Assembly (NCBI GenBank): GCA_951406725.2 | Contig: OX597820.1 | Span: forward strand, 71,610,001 to 71,674,000 | DNA: 64,000 bases | Source: Octopus vulgaris | Taxonomy: Eukaryota | Direction: 5' to 3' | In this document: in pieces, positions 51,780 through 64,000 of the stretch | How the letters are laid out: every line of letters starts with the position of its first letter | Numbering within the stretch: position 1 is the first letter of the stretch | The notes under the pieces: model-generated | What the model was told of the DNA's origin: nothing | What the model saw: only the letters and a program-made list of their open reading frames with translations | Databases searched by the model: none | Made by a program: the position numbers and the translations under genes

Positions 51780-53100
51780 TAGATACAAGACATAAGAGGA
51801 GCAGCAGCATTGGTGGATGCCAATACTGCCAGAGGTAGCAGTGCAAAGAAATTGTGAGTAGAGGCCACCAGTATTAAAGGCATAATGGGATGAAGTGGTG
51901 TGAACTATTATAACTTTAGGTAGGTTTGCACATGATTCAACTAGAAAGAGTGGAGTAGTTTATAGAGATGGAGATAACGAAGAAAGTTATAAGTTAAGAG
52001 AGGGTTAATGATGGTGTATATGAAAAATAGAGTAGAATAGAAGGAATTAATCCATTTGCATTTAAACTGGCCATAACTGCCCCAAATATTCTACCTTTTT
52101 TATTTGTTTAAACCTGCCAGATCCAGCCTCTCACACCTACTTTACAATGTCTTTCTAAAAACAAACAGTCATATCATCAAGCTACTACATAATGCAGGAT
52201 TAATGCAAAACAATGTGAATAAATAAGCATTACATTTGACTGAAAAATCTGAATGCTAAAAGGTTAAGCTACCGATAGGTAAGGTCAGTTGTAAAGATAC
52301 AGTTGTTGGACACATCAGTCAGGTTTGGGCTCAGTGAAATGGGTGAAGATTTGGGCCTCAGCCTGTCCAGTAAACTGATTGCTGTAGTTAGGGTTCTTAT
52401 CCTTGTTCCAATGACCAACTCAGTAATCTGCTGATAGTCATTCCCAGGAATAGGAGAAGCAGTTTAGAGAATGAATTGGTTCAGTAAGATGGATGAGAAT
52501 GTGGTTATGAGGTTAGAACATGATAGAATGGTCAAAGATTAAGACTGTTATTATGGGTGACAGTATAATGGGGTTTAATATTCACTGCAAAAAGAAGCTG
52601 GAAGGGACCAGAAAAAATGGATTTGAAGAATTGATAGAGTGGTTGATGTCATGGATGACAAAAGGGCTGCGACCAAAGGTGAGAATAGTTGCTGTAAGTA
52701 TCTGGAAAGAGATTCTGTGGAATAATTTCAGGTACAAATTTTGAGACATTTGAAGTTTTTTATCTTTATGAATCTTGGAGAGGAATTAGATAGTGGAGGT
52801 ACATGATGTGCAGATGATGCAGTTAGTTGTTTTGGAGGGAAGAAAGGGAAGAGGAATTGGAAGATGGTGAACATGGGTTGTTGGTTGTAAAAATTGTAAT
52901 CAGAAAGCAATTTACAGTGCAATAAAGATTGAAATGTGCTTCAATTTTGTAAAGGTCAGATCACCATAGAATTTAAGTATGACTGTATTGGTGCCACTTT
53001 CCCATCAATAACTCATCTTCTTCCCTTTCATTAACTCCTTCCAACCTGTCCCATATTTCATATCCACTGTTCCCATCACTTCTGTTAACTTCCTGGACGT
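51780..53100 (-). mobile_element. Penelope-like element RT fossil
   Basis: Minus strand about 52470-52320: LNCFSY..YQQITELVIGTR / PNYSNQFTGQAEAQIFTHFTEPKPD, similar to PLE motif B (YQQ..GVAMGT.MGP.YANLF.G..E..IF); ..CKPT..TSSH near 51900; interrupted by a MITE. Confidence 0.6.
52051..52263. mobile_element. piggyBac-type MITE (second family)
   Basis: TTAA at 52047-52050 and 52264-52267; degenerate TIRs tccatttgcattt / gaatgctaaaagg. Confidence 0.7.
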
Positions 53101-54003
53101 CTCCATCTCTGATAATCATCCTAACCTCATCAATTCTATCTTTTACAAACTTTTTGATTTTCACTTTTTCCTAGATTTTATTTCATCACACCTCATTTAT
53201 ACCTTACCTGCTATCATAACTTCTCACAATTCTTTTGCTTTACCCCTCCCCTATATCCATGACTCTAACTTTCATTCATGTCTCATTAAATTGTCTGCTA
53301 TATCAAACAACATTGTTATCTTCATTCAGCTATTGATACTAATTACTGTTGTACCTACACTGTTGACTGTGCCTCCAACTTTGTGCTTCATATTTATCCT
53401 ACTGCTTACCAACTTCATTTTCCCCTAATCTAACATCACTTCACCTCTCCAATGCTCATCACATGACTCATCCATCTCCTGTAGATTAACTATGCTATAT
53501 TCTCTGCATACCCACTGTTTTTATTCTGATATAGATGCAATTTCAATGAACTTATGGTCCATAGTTCTTTTGTCATTTACCACATATATATTGTATGCAT
53601 TGCTTGTTCTCATCCATATTGCATGTCCTTTATCCAAAACAATACCACACTGCACAGCCCTAACACTTCCTTCTATTTTCAGCCATTTACCCTGTAACAT
53701 GTAAAACATTGTTGAGTGCTGATTGTATGGCTTGTTTTATATTGGAGAAAATGGTAGATTGACAGTTTGATCAGAGAGCATATTTTAAATATCTGACTTA
53801 GCAACACTAGATCCAGCATCTCTCTGTTTTACATCAGGATCAATTGCCCCTTATTGGTGCTATGATCAACAGCTAACCCCTACACACAAGTCACACAAAT
53901 GGAATTAATAATCTTGTTTTCCTTTAGTAACATTACCTGCTACCTAATGCTGTCATACACTGTTAAATGCTCTCTTGTGTGATTCACAAACCCTCTCTAT
54001 CCT

Positions 54004-54086
<83 letters not shown>

Positions 54087-54095
<9 letters not shown>

Positions 54096-54202
54096 TGGTA
54101 AAGTAAAAAAATTCACTTTACCACACACCGAACTTTTCAGAAATATTAATTTATAAAAATATGGTAAAGTAAAAAAAATTACCATATTTTTATAAATTAA
54201 TA
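54087..54202. repeat. Direct repeat plus perfect 24-bp inverted repeat
   Basis: 54144-54167 is the exact reverse complement of 54179-54202 (11-nt loop); ataaaaatatggtaaagtaaaaaaa also occurs at 54087. Confidence 0.9.
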
Positions 54203-54378
54203 CTTCAAATATACCGTAAATGGTCTTTACATACCGAATACTGCTTGGTCGAATTTATTAACAATTAATTAATTCTACCCCCTTTTTTGATGACTATATA
54301 TATATATATATATATTTCACAAACCCATACCGTTAAACTTCTTTCACATCACCTATATATTAATATGCACCTATATAA

Positions 54379-54600
54379 AGGTGGCAAGCTAGTAGAATCA
54401 TTAGGAGGCTTGACAAAATGCTTAGTGGCAGTTTGTCTGTGTGTATGTTCTGAGTTCAAATTCTGCTGAGGTCAACTTTGCCTTTCATCCTTTCAGGGTC
54501 AATAAAAAATAAGTACCAGTTAGGTACTGGAGTCAATGCAATTGACTTCGTCTCTCTCACCCCTGAAACTGCTGGTCTAGTGTCAAAATTTGAAACCAGT
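54379..54600 (+). mobile_element. SINE family B variant
   Basis: ggtggcaagctagtagaatcattag..gagttcaaattctgctgaggtcaactttgcctttcatcc..aaatttgaaacc. Confidence 0.8.
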
Positions 54601-56235
54601 ATACACCTACACAAACTTGTGCAACATACTCACTCACACTACCTTTCAGACACATATTAACCACATACATTTTCCCCTTTAACAAAGAAATATTTTCTTG
54701 GATTTTGGAAACCATTTCATACTATCCACTTCCATTCTTAATTTTATCCATTTATCAAGTGGTTTTTATCATAAAACATTACTTCCACAGAACTCTCTTC
54801 TTTCATTTTCATCTTTTTTTCTTTTCTTTTTTATTTTTTGACAAAAGACTGCTGTCTGAAACACAGAACTCACCTCTGTTTCTTCCTTACAACATAAAAT
54901 TAATTTCTTTTTTTTCACTGTTCCTGGAACTTTTTTGATGTCCTGTCTATAGTATTTACAGCATATATTTGAATAAAGGGCAGACATAGAGAAAGAGTAT
55001 AGTGTAGTTAATGGTAATATGGTATTGGCTTTTCAAGGAATTTCACAGAGTATTTATAGAAACACCAAGAAACTACTCTGTATTTTGAGGAAAAATTTAT
55101 TATTATGCACAAATATCTTTTTTTATTGTAAAACCAATGCAATATACAATGCCAAAAATGAAAATATTTAGCAGCTTATCTCCTGAAAATATCATTGAAT
55201 ATTTTCAAAACAAATGCTTAATACATATTGCAAATATTATTTATGTGGACATGCAATGAAACAAAAGCATAACCTCAATATTGATGTTTGGTGCATTTGT
55301 TGTTTATTATAAAATTTATATTTTTTAAAATTCATCCATTATGAGTTATGTTTTCTTTAACCTTTGCATCAGAAATAATTTGTACTGAATATCTCATGCA
55401 TCAGCTGCCCCATGAGATTCTGACATCCAATTATTCTAGTCACCATTACGTTTTTTTTGTTTGTTTGTTTTTAATCTAAGCTTCTCTCAATCCTATTCCT
55501 TTTTTCTTTTTTTTTCTCTGTATGTGTCAGTGTTTTGTTTTTTCTCATCTTCACTCACTCCTCTTGCTCTCTTGCTACATTTATATGCCTGTTCACATAC
55601 ACACCTCAGTCCACAAATACATGCCTTTCTTTTGAAGGAAATTATACAGGTATATTTTGCTGAATAGTCACTCAATCCCAGGAAGTGTAATTCCTAATGT
55701 TCTTACAGATGTCATAGAAATACATTTTTCTTAGATATTAGTCTTTTGTTGTCTTAAGCTATACATCTGTATGACATCTCTACAAGAGAGCTTTGAATTC
55801 CCTGCAACAAACATGTATACACATACACACACATATGCATGTGTGTAGGAAAAATATTTATTAGCAATCACAAAATAATAAGCTTTTCACATTTGTGTAT
55901 CGATTTTTTTTATATGGATAAGAAATTTAGTTATAATACTGCACATTTTTACTATCTTAACTTTTTTCAATTGCATTGAGTATTGATACAAGCAGGTGTG
56001 AGCAGGATCATCTTGATTGGATCAATGCATATTGATGATCTATCATAAAGAAGAAATTATATGAAATCTTAATGCTTCTTTCTGTACTAACAGTCTTCGT
56101 TGAAATTTCTCCGGTAAAATTAAGTTGCCTACTTTTAATCAGCAAATCGACTATGGCACCTTTACTCATATTTAAAATTTCTTTCATAACATTAAGTTTT
56201 TGAAATGTAGAATTTCTTAAATTTTATTCCTTATA

Positions 56236-56390
56236 GGCACTGGCATGATTGTGTGGTAAGAAGCTTGCTTCCTAACCACATAGTTCCTGGATCAGTCCCA
56301 CTTAATGGTACTTTGGGCAAGTATATTTTACTATAGGCCAACCAATGCTTTGTAAGTGGATTTGGTAGATGGAAACTAAAAGAAGCCTGT

Positions 56391-56450
<60 letters not shown>

Positions 56451-56688
56451 TTATGTATATAGATGTGTGTGTATATATAAATGTGTGTCTTTGTGTCTCT
56501 GTTTGACGACCAGTGTTGGTCTGTTTACATTCCCATAATTTAGCAGTTTGACAAGAGAGGCTAATAGAATAAAAGAGGCTACCAAACTTTTATAAAATAA
56601 GTACCGGGGATGAGTTCTTCCATTAAAATTCCTCAAGGTGGTGTCCCAGCATGGCCACAGCATGACTAAAACAAGTAAAAGAAAAAGC
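56236..56688 (+). mobile_element. SINE family A, full length, plus strand
   Basis: ggcactggcatgattgtgtggtaag..(TA)n..cccagcatggccacagc..aaacaagtaaaag. Confidence 0.85.
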
Positions 56689-57819
56689 TAAAAGATATCC
56701 AATGAAGTTATATCACATTAAATAATGTTCTAACCCTCCTCAAAAAACCATACCAGAATCTTTGTGTTACTTTGAAGATGCCAAATTTTTAATTACTAGA
56801 TATTTTCACCTACCTTGTTAATATACTGTCAAAATACTTAAGCATTGACATTGAGGTTATCAATTTCAAAGACTGCATAAGAAAAAGTAGCATTGAGTTT
56901 AGACCATATTGTACTACCCTTTCCTTTCCTCTATACTTAAAAATTTGTTTGTTCTCTATTAACTAAACTCTTGAATCAACTTCAGAACACTGTAAGACTG
57001 ACTATTTCTACCTATTCATTTCTCATTGCATGTCTTTTCTTCAATAATGAAACTTGTCTTATTTTTCTTTCACTACAGACTACAGCTTTAGCAATTTAGA
57101 GAATTAATTTTATCTTGTACAAATACTTTTTGAAAGCTTAAAGTTGAGATTTCTATGGTGATGATATAGAAATTTAATGGCTCCAATAAGCTATTCATTT
57201 ATGTATAATTGCTGCATGACATACTGAAGTTTAGTAAAGAAGGCTTTAGTCTATACATTCTTTAGTTTAACTAAAGCAAGTTACAGATATTTATTTAAAA
57301 GAAATGTGTCAACAATGTTTCTAGGATCTTGTAAATTAAACTTGCATTGGATTAATATAAATGTACAGGATATTATTATTCTATATGCATAGTGTTAGTA
57401 TAAGCTGCTATTATATTTAAAAATTTTCATACTTTGAAATTCCTTGTTCATATATTTATAATTTGTAATTCAAATTCTTTGAAATATTTCTTTATTATAT
57501 TGAACTACAAAAAGTCAATTCTCAACATTTTCCAATGTATTGTAAGTATACTGCAATAATTTCAACTTTAAATCTTATGGAAAGAAAACAAAAATCGTAT
57601 AATTTCTAAAAACTATCTATATTTTCTTAATAGGTTTTCATATACACTAAGGAAAGCAATAGAAGTGTTATCAAAGTGTAATCAATAAGAATCAGTCTTG
57701 AAATACATTTAACAAAAACAAATACTAACACACCAGTCAGTGCAGACAAAATCAATTGAATAAAAGTGTACAATAAATTAATGTTAGGTATTACAAAGAG
57801 TAAAGAATTGGTATTGTAT

Positions 57820-58515
57820 TGTGTGTATCAGCTGACCCATCGTCATCCATATTGCAAACAGCATTTATAACACAAGTTTAACATTCCTTGGATTCTTTAC
57901 TTTAAAGAGTTTTGTAGAATATGCTAGTGAAGTTGTCTTCCTCACTCATCTTAATTCATTTGTGTTTCTGATATCTTACATCAATGAACTTACCACCAAA
58001 GGTCAGGTCTCTATGTAAGATGTGTATTCAAAATATCTCAATGAAGGTTATCTCAGATCAGTCTTCCTTTTGTAGTAATTCAGAAATTATCACAGGCACA
58101 ATCTTGATTTCCTCTTCTGAACAGATATTTATTTCATTGAATTCTTTCAACATATATTACTTTAGTTCAACTTTATTCTGTAAGACAAGCATAGAAATGT
58201 TAGCATCATTATAATCAGCAACTCATTGTGGCTTTTGACATTGTTTGTGATTAATGTTTGAAAATGCTTATAGCATAGATTCATATGCTTCTTCACGCTT
58301 GCATGTCTTGTGCTAAGTGATAGATTGAAACTATTCTCAGATAGAATTTCCTTTTTAAAAATTTCTTTTTCAGTCATGTAATTCTTCACCTTTTTTCTTA
58401 TTAAAAGCAATATAGGTATGATCATTGCCATCAATATCCCCACCACCTCTTCTAAAAGGGAACTGCGACTACTCAATAACACCATCACTAAATTTACCTT
58501 CATCATCATCTGCTG
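57820..58515 (-). pseudogene. Unidentified decayed coding-like segment
   Basis: After a minus-strand cctttcag acceptor, one frame reads DDDEGKFSDGVIE*SQFPFRRGGGDIDGNDHTYIAFNKKKGEELHD*..VADYNDANISMLVLQNKVELK*YMLKEFNEINICSEEEIKIVPV..FGGKFIDVRY with scattered stops; family not recognised. Confidence 0.3.
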
Positions 58516-60139
58516 AAAGGATCAATCAACATAACTAAAAATATATAAAAATAGCATATGAATAATGAAAGGAGATGTAAAAATACTCCTATTGTTGTGT
58601 ATTGTGATTGTTGCCAATTAACTGAAAAGTCAAAAAGAGAACTATTAGCTTGAAACTTTAGGATACCAAATTCAAATCTTGCCTAGCTCAATTTATATTT
58701 AAAAGAATTTGGGCCATATATTGAAGATTATTATAACGATAATCAATAGTAATATTTAAAAGTTGTTTTATTATCTTACATTATTTTGTTATACGTGGTT
58801 TTAAAATGGTATCAAACTGTAAAACTAAAGATACAATCTCCTTAAAAAATCTCCTATATAATTTTATGCATGAAATTTGGATGTTCTAAATACTTTCTAT
58901 TACAACTATCTTTGCATGAAAATAAGTTAGTGTAAACAGAGTTATTGTATCCTTTGTTTGAAGCTATATGATACTGATAGGTAAAATTTACATGATTGTC
59001 TCTGATTTACTGTCAATGTCAATATAATATTATCCTTTAAGATATATAAATTTCCATATACAAAAGTGTTCTTAACCAAGTGCCAAATATTGTCACGATT
59101 ATTTTTCATATCAAAAGCTTGAATATTTTTCATTTAAAGGTATTATAAAGTTCTACATGTATAGCACTATAAAATTCTGTCCTTTTATATTCTAAGTTCA
59201 AATAATCCCTGGGCTGGTATTGCTTTTCACACTTCTGGGGTTGATAAAATAAATACCATTCATGGGGGTCAATTCAATTAATTGTACTGGTTTTCTGCAA
59301 ATTTTTAGTCTAGTAAGAAATCAATATTTTTCATTTCTGATATTAAACGATGTTTAAAGTTGCATGTTGATATCTTCCCTCTACACTTATTTAGAAGCAA
59401 ATTGCAATAGTTTTTATATTAGAGTTGATGTGATAAAATGATTTATCTGAGACTACATATATTTCCATTTAAATATTATTATATTCAAATCAATCTATTA
59501 CTATTACAATGAACCTTTTAACCTGCCAAAGTTGGATATATGACCTTATTTATTTGGTGATTTGGGACAAAAGAAAAGAAGTAAAATACAAACCATTAAA
59601 TGAAATTAACTCTTCTTTGCAGAATTTTATAAGATAATCTCTACTAACTTTAGCTGTTTTATTAGAAATCAAATATCTTTATAATTTTTAAGGAATGTTA
59701 TAGAAAGATGTCAAATTCTTTCATTAGTTTGTCAGCTGAAACCATACTAAAGCTCCACCAACATATGATAAATGTTTCATATTATGGTCTTGTTCCTAGT
59801 TAAATCAAATCAATATTTTATATTATTAGAATAATCATTCTCATCCTTATTGTTATCAAACATTATTGCTATTGCCACTACAGTCCTGCCACTTCAGTCA
59901 TGAAAAATTTCTCTAACATACCGTAAGTAAACATATTGATAGTCACTGAAGTAAATCTTTACAAATAGAAATGTAAATATCAATATACTCATGTTGTCAG
60001 TTTTCAAATCACAACCACTGTACCCCTACCACTTCAATAACCTTGACTATTAGCAAAGCAGTTTCATTTTTTTCATATTGAATACAATATTCAAGGTCCT
60101 TGATTTGTGTATGTTTTGTTTCATTGTTAAAATTATTAT

Positions 60140-60237
60140 TGAGTGAGAGAGCAGTGCATGCCATCAAAGTGACACTGGGGTAAAATATACGAAGCCCAGT
60201 ATACCCATCATGACTATTATTATTATTATTATTATAA

Positions 60238-60290
<53 letters not shown>
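60140..60290. mobile_element. Short retroelement 3'-end fragment embedded in (ATT)n
   Basis: gagtgagagagcagtgcatgccatcaaagtgacactgggg..catcatgact sits between att repeats; possibly the tail of a (TAA)n-targeting R4/Dong family (recall, unverified). Confidence 0.4.
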
Positions 60291-60292
<2 letters not shown>

Positions 60293-60789
60293 ATAGTGCT
60301 GAAATTGGCCAAGTCAGTAAAAATTTAAGCTAAATCCTTTAATTATCAAGTTTAATGCATCACTTTTCTTAGTTCACTGTTGGTGAGAGTTGAATTTGTT
60401 AATTGTTTATTTCTATGTAATATAATTAATTTAATATTGGCAGTTCCCTACAAAACAACTTACTTCCCACTCAAAAGAAGTTATGCTGGTTTTGATTTTT
60501 CATTTAAGTTAATTCACTTCTCTTACCCGCTTTAATTACCTTTCTCAAAGTAATTAAATTTGTTAATGTGTGAAAATGTAAATTCATGTCAATAATTACT
60601 ATCAAATTGTTGACAGTGCACTCTGGCTTACAGATTTGATTTTCAGTTAGTACTCTGATGACTCTAGTATATGTTCTTACTATAATTCTTTGTCTAATCT
60701 GAAAACTATATTTCATACAAGCCAAAAAAGTAACCTTTATGTTGTTGTTTTACCTGCTAGAAACAGCAGCAAAGTCTTTTTTAAATTAC

Positions 60790-61183
60790 TCTCTTTTACT
60801 CTTTTAGTCGTTTACTTGTTTCAGTCATTTGACTGCAGCCATGCTGGAGCACTGCCTTTAGTCGAACAAATCGACCCCGGGACTTATTCTTTGTAAGCCC
60901 AGTACTTATTCTATCGCTCTCTTTTGCCGAAACGCTAAGTGTCGGTGACGTAAACACACCAGCATCAGTTGTCAAGCAATGCTAGGGGGACAAACACAGA
61001 CACACACACATATATATATACATATATACGACGAGCTTCTTTCAGTTTCCGTCTACCAAATCCACTCACAAGGCTTTGGTCGGCCCGAAGCTATAGTAGA
61101 AGACACTTGCCCAAGATGCCACACAGTGGGACTGAACCCAGAACCATGTGGTTGGTAAGCAAGCTACTTACCACACAGCCACT
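60790..61183 (-). mobile_element. SINE family A, young copy (CpGs retained)
   Basis: Collinear with 7929-8366 and keeps CpGs (gtcgaacaaatcgaccccggg). Confidence 0.9.
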
Positions 61184-62090
61184 ACATTTCTTTATAAAAC
61201 GAGAGAGTACTATAAGATTATATAGCATAAGAAGTGCTACATTGTAAAAAGATGAAGTCATCACTGCTGGAATGCCTTTTATCATCAGTCTACTTGTTTA
61301 GGGCTGACCTGGCTCTAAACAATGGAACAGCAATTTCATTGCATAATGTTATGTAATGATGTTATTTATCTTCTCACCCCATACAGCTTTTACTAATCTT
61401 GATATTAAATATTTGATCAGGATTTCAAAATAGTCTCCTCTCATTTGAATGGGCAGAATTATTTCAGTTCAAACTTGTAAGTCTTATAAATTACTTGAAT
61501 GATATAAAAATAATTTTAACACTTTAATAGTTTTTATGTGATAGATATCTGAAAAACATAGTGTTTCTCTTATACACTGTTATTAGGTTATTTACCTACA
61601 GATTCTTTATATATTCTGTAGTAGACTTCTTTAGTAAGACAAAACCACTAGAATTTGGTTTTGTCTTTTATCTTGAATGATTGGACGCAAGTTATAGATT
61701 ATAGATAGTATAGCAGATATCTATTTCTTGAGAATATATATTTTCAGGTGAAAGATTCCTTCTTTGTGAATTGTTTCATTAATACATATAACAAGCATGC
61801 AATGAGTTCTTTTCTTACTCTTTATGGTTAGCTGTTAGTATTTGATATCTCTTATCTTTTGTTTTTTTGTTTTAATCATCAGACTGTTGTCAAGCTGGGG
61901 CACCAACTTGAAGGGATTAGTCAAACAAATTGACCCCAGTACTTGTTTTCTTTTAAAGCACTTATTTTATTTGGAGTCTTTTGCTGAACCACTAAGTTAC
62001 AGGAATGTAAACAAATAAACACCTGTTGTCAAGTGGTGGTGGTGGATAAATGCACACAGAAATATATATATATATATATATATATAGGTA

Positions 62091-62452
62091 TGTATCATTG
62101 GCGATTTTCTTTCTCTATCTTCCCTTCCTTGGACTTTCCTTTTTTCTATATTTCTGACGAAGAGCTCTGCTCGAAATGTTAAACCCTCCTTCTTTCTTTC
62201 CTTTCCTGAGCGTCCAATAACACTATACTTGTTCCACATCCTTGCGTTGTTGTGTTTTCTCTTTGTTCATGTTTGGATTAACTATATATATATATATAAC
62301 TATAGTGAGGAACAAGTATAGTGCTATTGGACGCTCAGGAAAGGAAAGAAAGAAGGAGGATTTAATGTTTCGAGCGGAGTTCTTTGTCAGAAACATAGAA
62401 AAAGAACAGGTCCAAGGAAGGGAAGACGGACAAAGAAAATCGCCAACGATAC
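62091..62452. mobile_element. Tail-to-tail palindromic Penelope-like pLTR
   Basis: 62091-62235 is the near reverse complement of 62309-62452; the spacer contains (TA)n. Confidence 0.8.
62150..62184 (+). ncRNA. Minimal hammerhead ribozyme motif (one core-adjacent substitution)
   Basis: attt-CTGACGA-a-gagc(tct)gctc-GAA-AT-GTT-aaac. The opposite arm reads gttt-CTGACAA..gctc-GAAAC-ATT, so the two-arm consensus is an intact gttt CTGACGA..GAAACGTT aaac. Confidence 0.65.
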
Positions 62453-62461
62453 ACACACGGT

Positions 62462-62499
<38 letters not shown>

Positions 62500-64000
62500 G
62501 AGAGAGAGAGAGAGAGAGATGATGGGCTTCTTTCAGTTCACTACTCCAAAATCCACAAAATCTACTCACAAGGTTTTGACTGGCTTGGGGCTACAGTAGA
62601 AAACACTTGCCAAAGTTGCTATGCCAAGGCTCCCTGTTCAGTCCCATTGAACCTGAAATCAATGTTGCTGAGGAGCAAACGTCTTACCATACAACTATGC
62701 TTGAGCCTATGTAAAAAGTGAGATGCTTACACCAAGAAAAATATTTTACATACACCTTTCAAAACTTATTTTCCTTTATTTAATTGATGCATTCAGATAC
62801 CAACAGCTGGTTATTTCTTTCAACAGTATAAATTTAATGAATTTATATGATTTAATAAACATTGGATAGCCTTCTGGTGTAGCAAGAACATAAAGGCTGG
62901 ATATGAATAATTATATTACACTGAAAGGCAATGAAATAAATAAGTAGCCTTGCAGGATTTATCTACATCTCTATGTGTAGAATTTCAGAGAAGCTGGTCT
63001 CCTAGCAACATTGCTTGCCTCAGAGCTTGAAGACTCAAGTATCACATATTTGAGAAAGTTAAAAAAGACACCAGTGAAGAGTGTAACTGATGAAAAACAT
63101 TGGCGATTGTTGACAGAAAACACAAAAGATTGGTTTAATGGAAAACCAAATAAAGAAACTGGCTGTGTGAGAGGAAAGAAAATCATGGTATACTAGAAAT
63201 ATAGATTGGGAGTCATCAGAAGATTAGCAGAACAAAATGTTGTGTATTGATGATGGCAATGAAAGTGATTATTTGAAAGGTCAAATATAAATATATAAGT
63301 TCAAATAAAGTAAACAATATTTATCTTATTTGTTTTGATTCAAATACTGCCAGGAGGTGTTTAATAGAAGTGCTAGTAGAAGATCATTAGAAAAAATAGT
63401 TTTCAGCAGACAACCACATAAATATTATGAAAGAAAACGTGTATGTAAAAGAATTAATTGAATGTTATCAGTCACACCAATAAAGTAATAAGTGCAAATA
63501 AGCTTTAAAAAACAATTATCTTTCTTACCTTATCTCAAGAGAATGTTAAAACAAGCAACTATTATTATCTTGATATCAGAGATGTGAGAATAGTTCAGAT
63601 ATATGTTAAATAGTAACCTCTTGAACAAGAATGACGAACCTTGTTAAGTGAATTGTGTCTATGAAGGAATGCAGCTTATATTCAATTACAGCTGCCTCAA
63701 TAGATGTTACAAATTTAAACATAGACGGAATTTTACATGTGGACCAGAGCTTCCATCATCCTGAAACTTTTATTCTAAGATGGAAAGAATTTTGGTTCCA
63801 ATTTTTAAAAAATTTCTTATATTCTACAATATTCATACTTATACCTTGTTCTAATTTATAAAATTAAAAGAAAAGGCAAATCATTCAAATTAGAGTTATA
63901 ATATTCATTGAATAAAGATAATTTTATATCAATTAATTATAGATTTCATTATATAAATAAGTCTGAGATATGGAAAAGTAAAGGTCGTCTTATGTAAAAT

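Larger units (their letters stand above)
61880..62708 (-). mobile_element. SINE family A copy interrupted in its (TA)n tract
   Basis: 3' half at about 61880-62085 and 5' half at about 62520-62708 flank the palindromic insert. Confidence 0.75.

Noticed and set aside
62242-62721. 159-aa ORF
   Set aside because: It spans a palindrome arm, (TA)n/(GA)n tracts and a SINE; a chance open frame.

Overview
AT-rich, CpG-depleted, microsatellite-dense eukaryotic DNA. The repeat repertoire (tRNA-derived SINEs with internal (TA)n, RTE LINE tails ending in (ATG)n, Penelope-type palindromes) resembles an octopus/coleoid cephalopod genome; this is an inference from remembered repeat families, not a database result. 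I find no intact protein-coding gene, so the window is probably intergenic or inside a very large intron. It holds many nested mobile-element remains: two DD37D (maT) Tc1/mariner copies, a ~1.3 kb DD34D mariner, a pogo/Tigger fossil expanded to ~7 kb by nested insertions, a non-autonomous Helitron, a Helentron-like element, piggyBac-type and hAT-type MITEs, RTE, R4/Dong and Penelope RT fragments, and several SINE families, some with clear TSDs. Four observations stand out. (1) A TSD-flanked head-to-head palindrome at 22644-23177 joins a tRNA-like Pol III head to a Penelope-type tail carrying a minimal hammerhead ribozyme; related hammerhead-bearing units occur at about 11.5, 34.9 and 62.2 kb. 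(2) A young CpG-rich composite insert at 32063-33941 combines an RTE tail with 158-bp and ~367-bp tandem arrays, a G4 motif and intron-like signals. (3) A Tigger4/Zombi-like pogo fossil. (4) A decayed collagen exon with an RKKR furin-type site and CxCP at about 5.7-6.2 kb on the minus strand.
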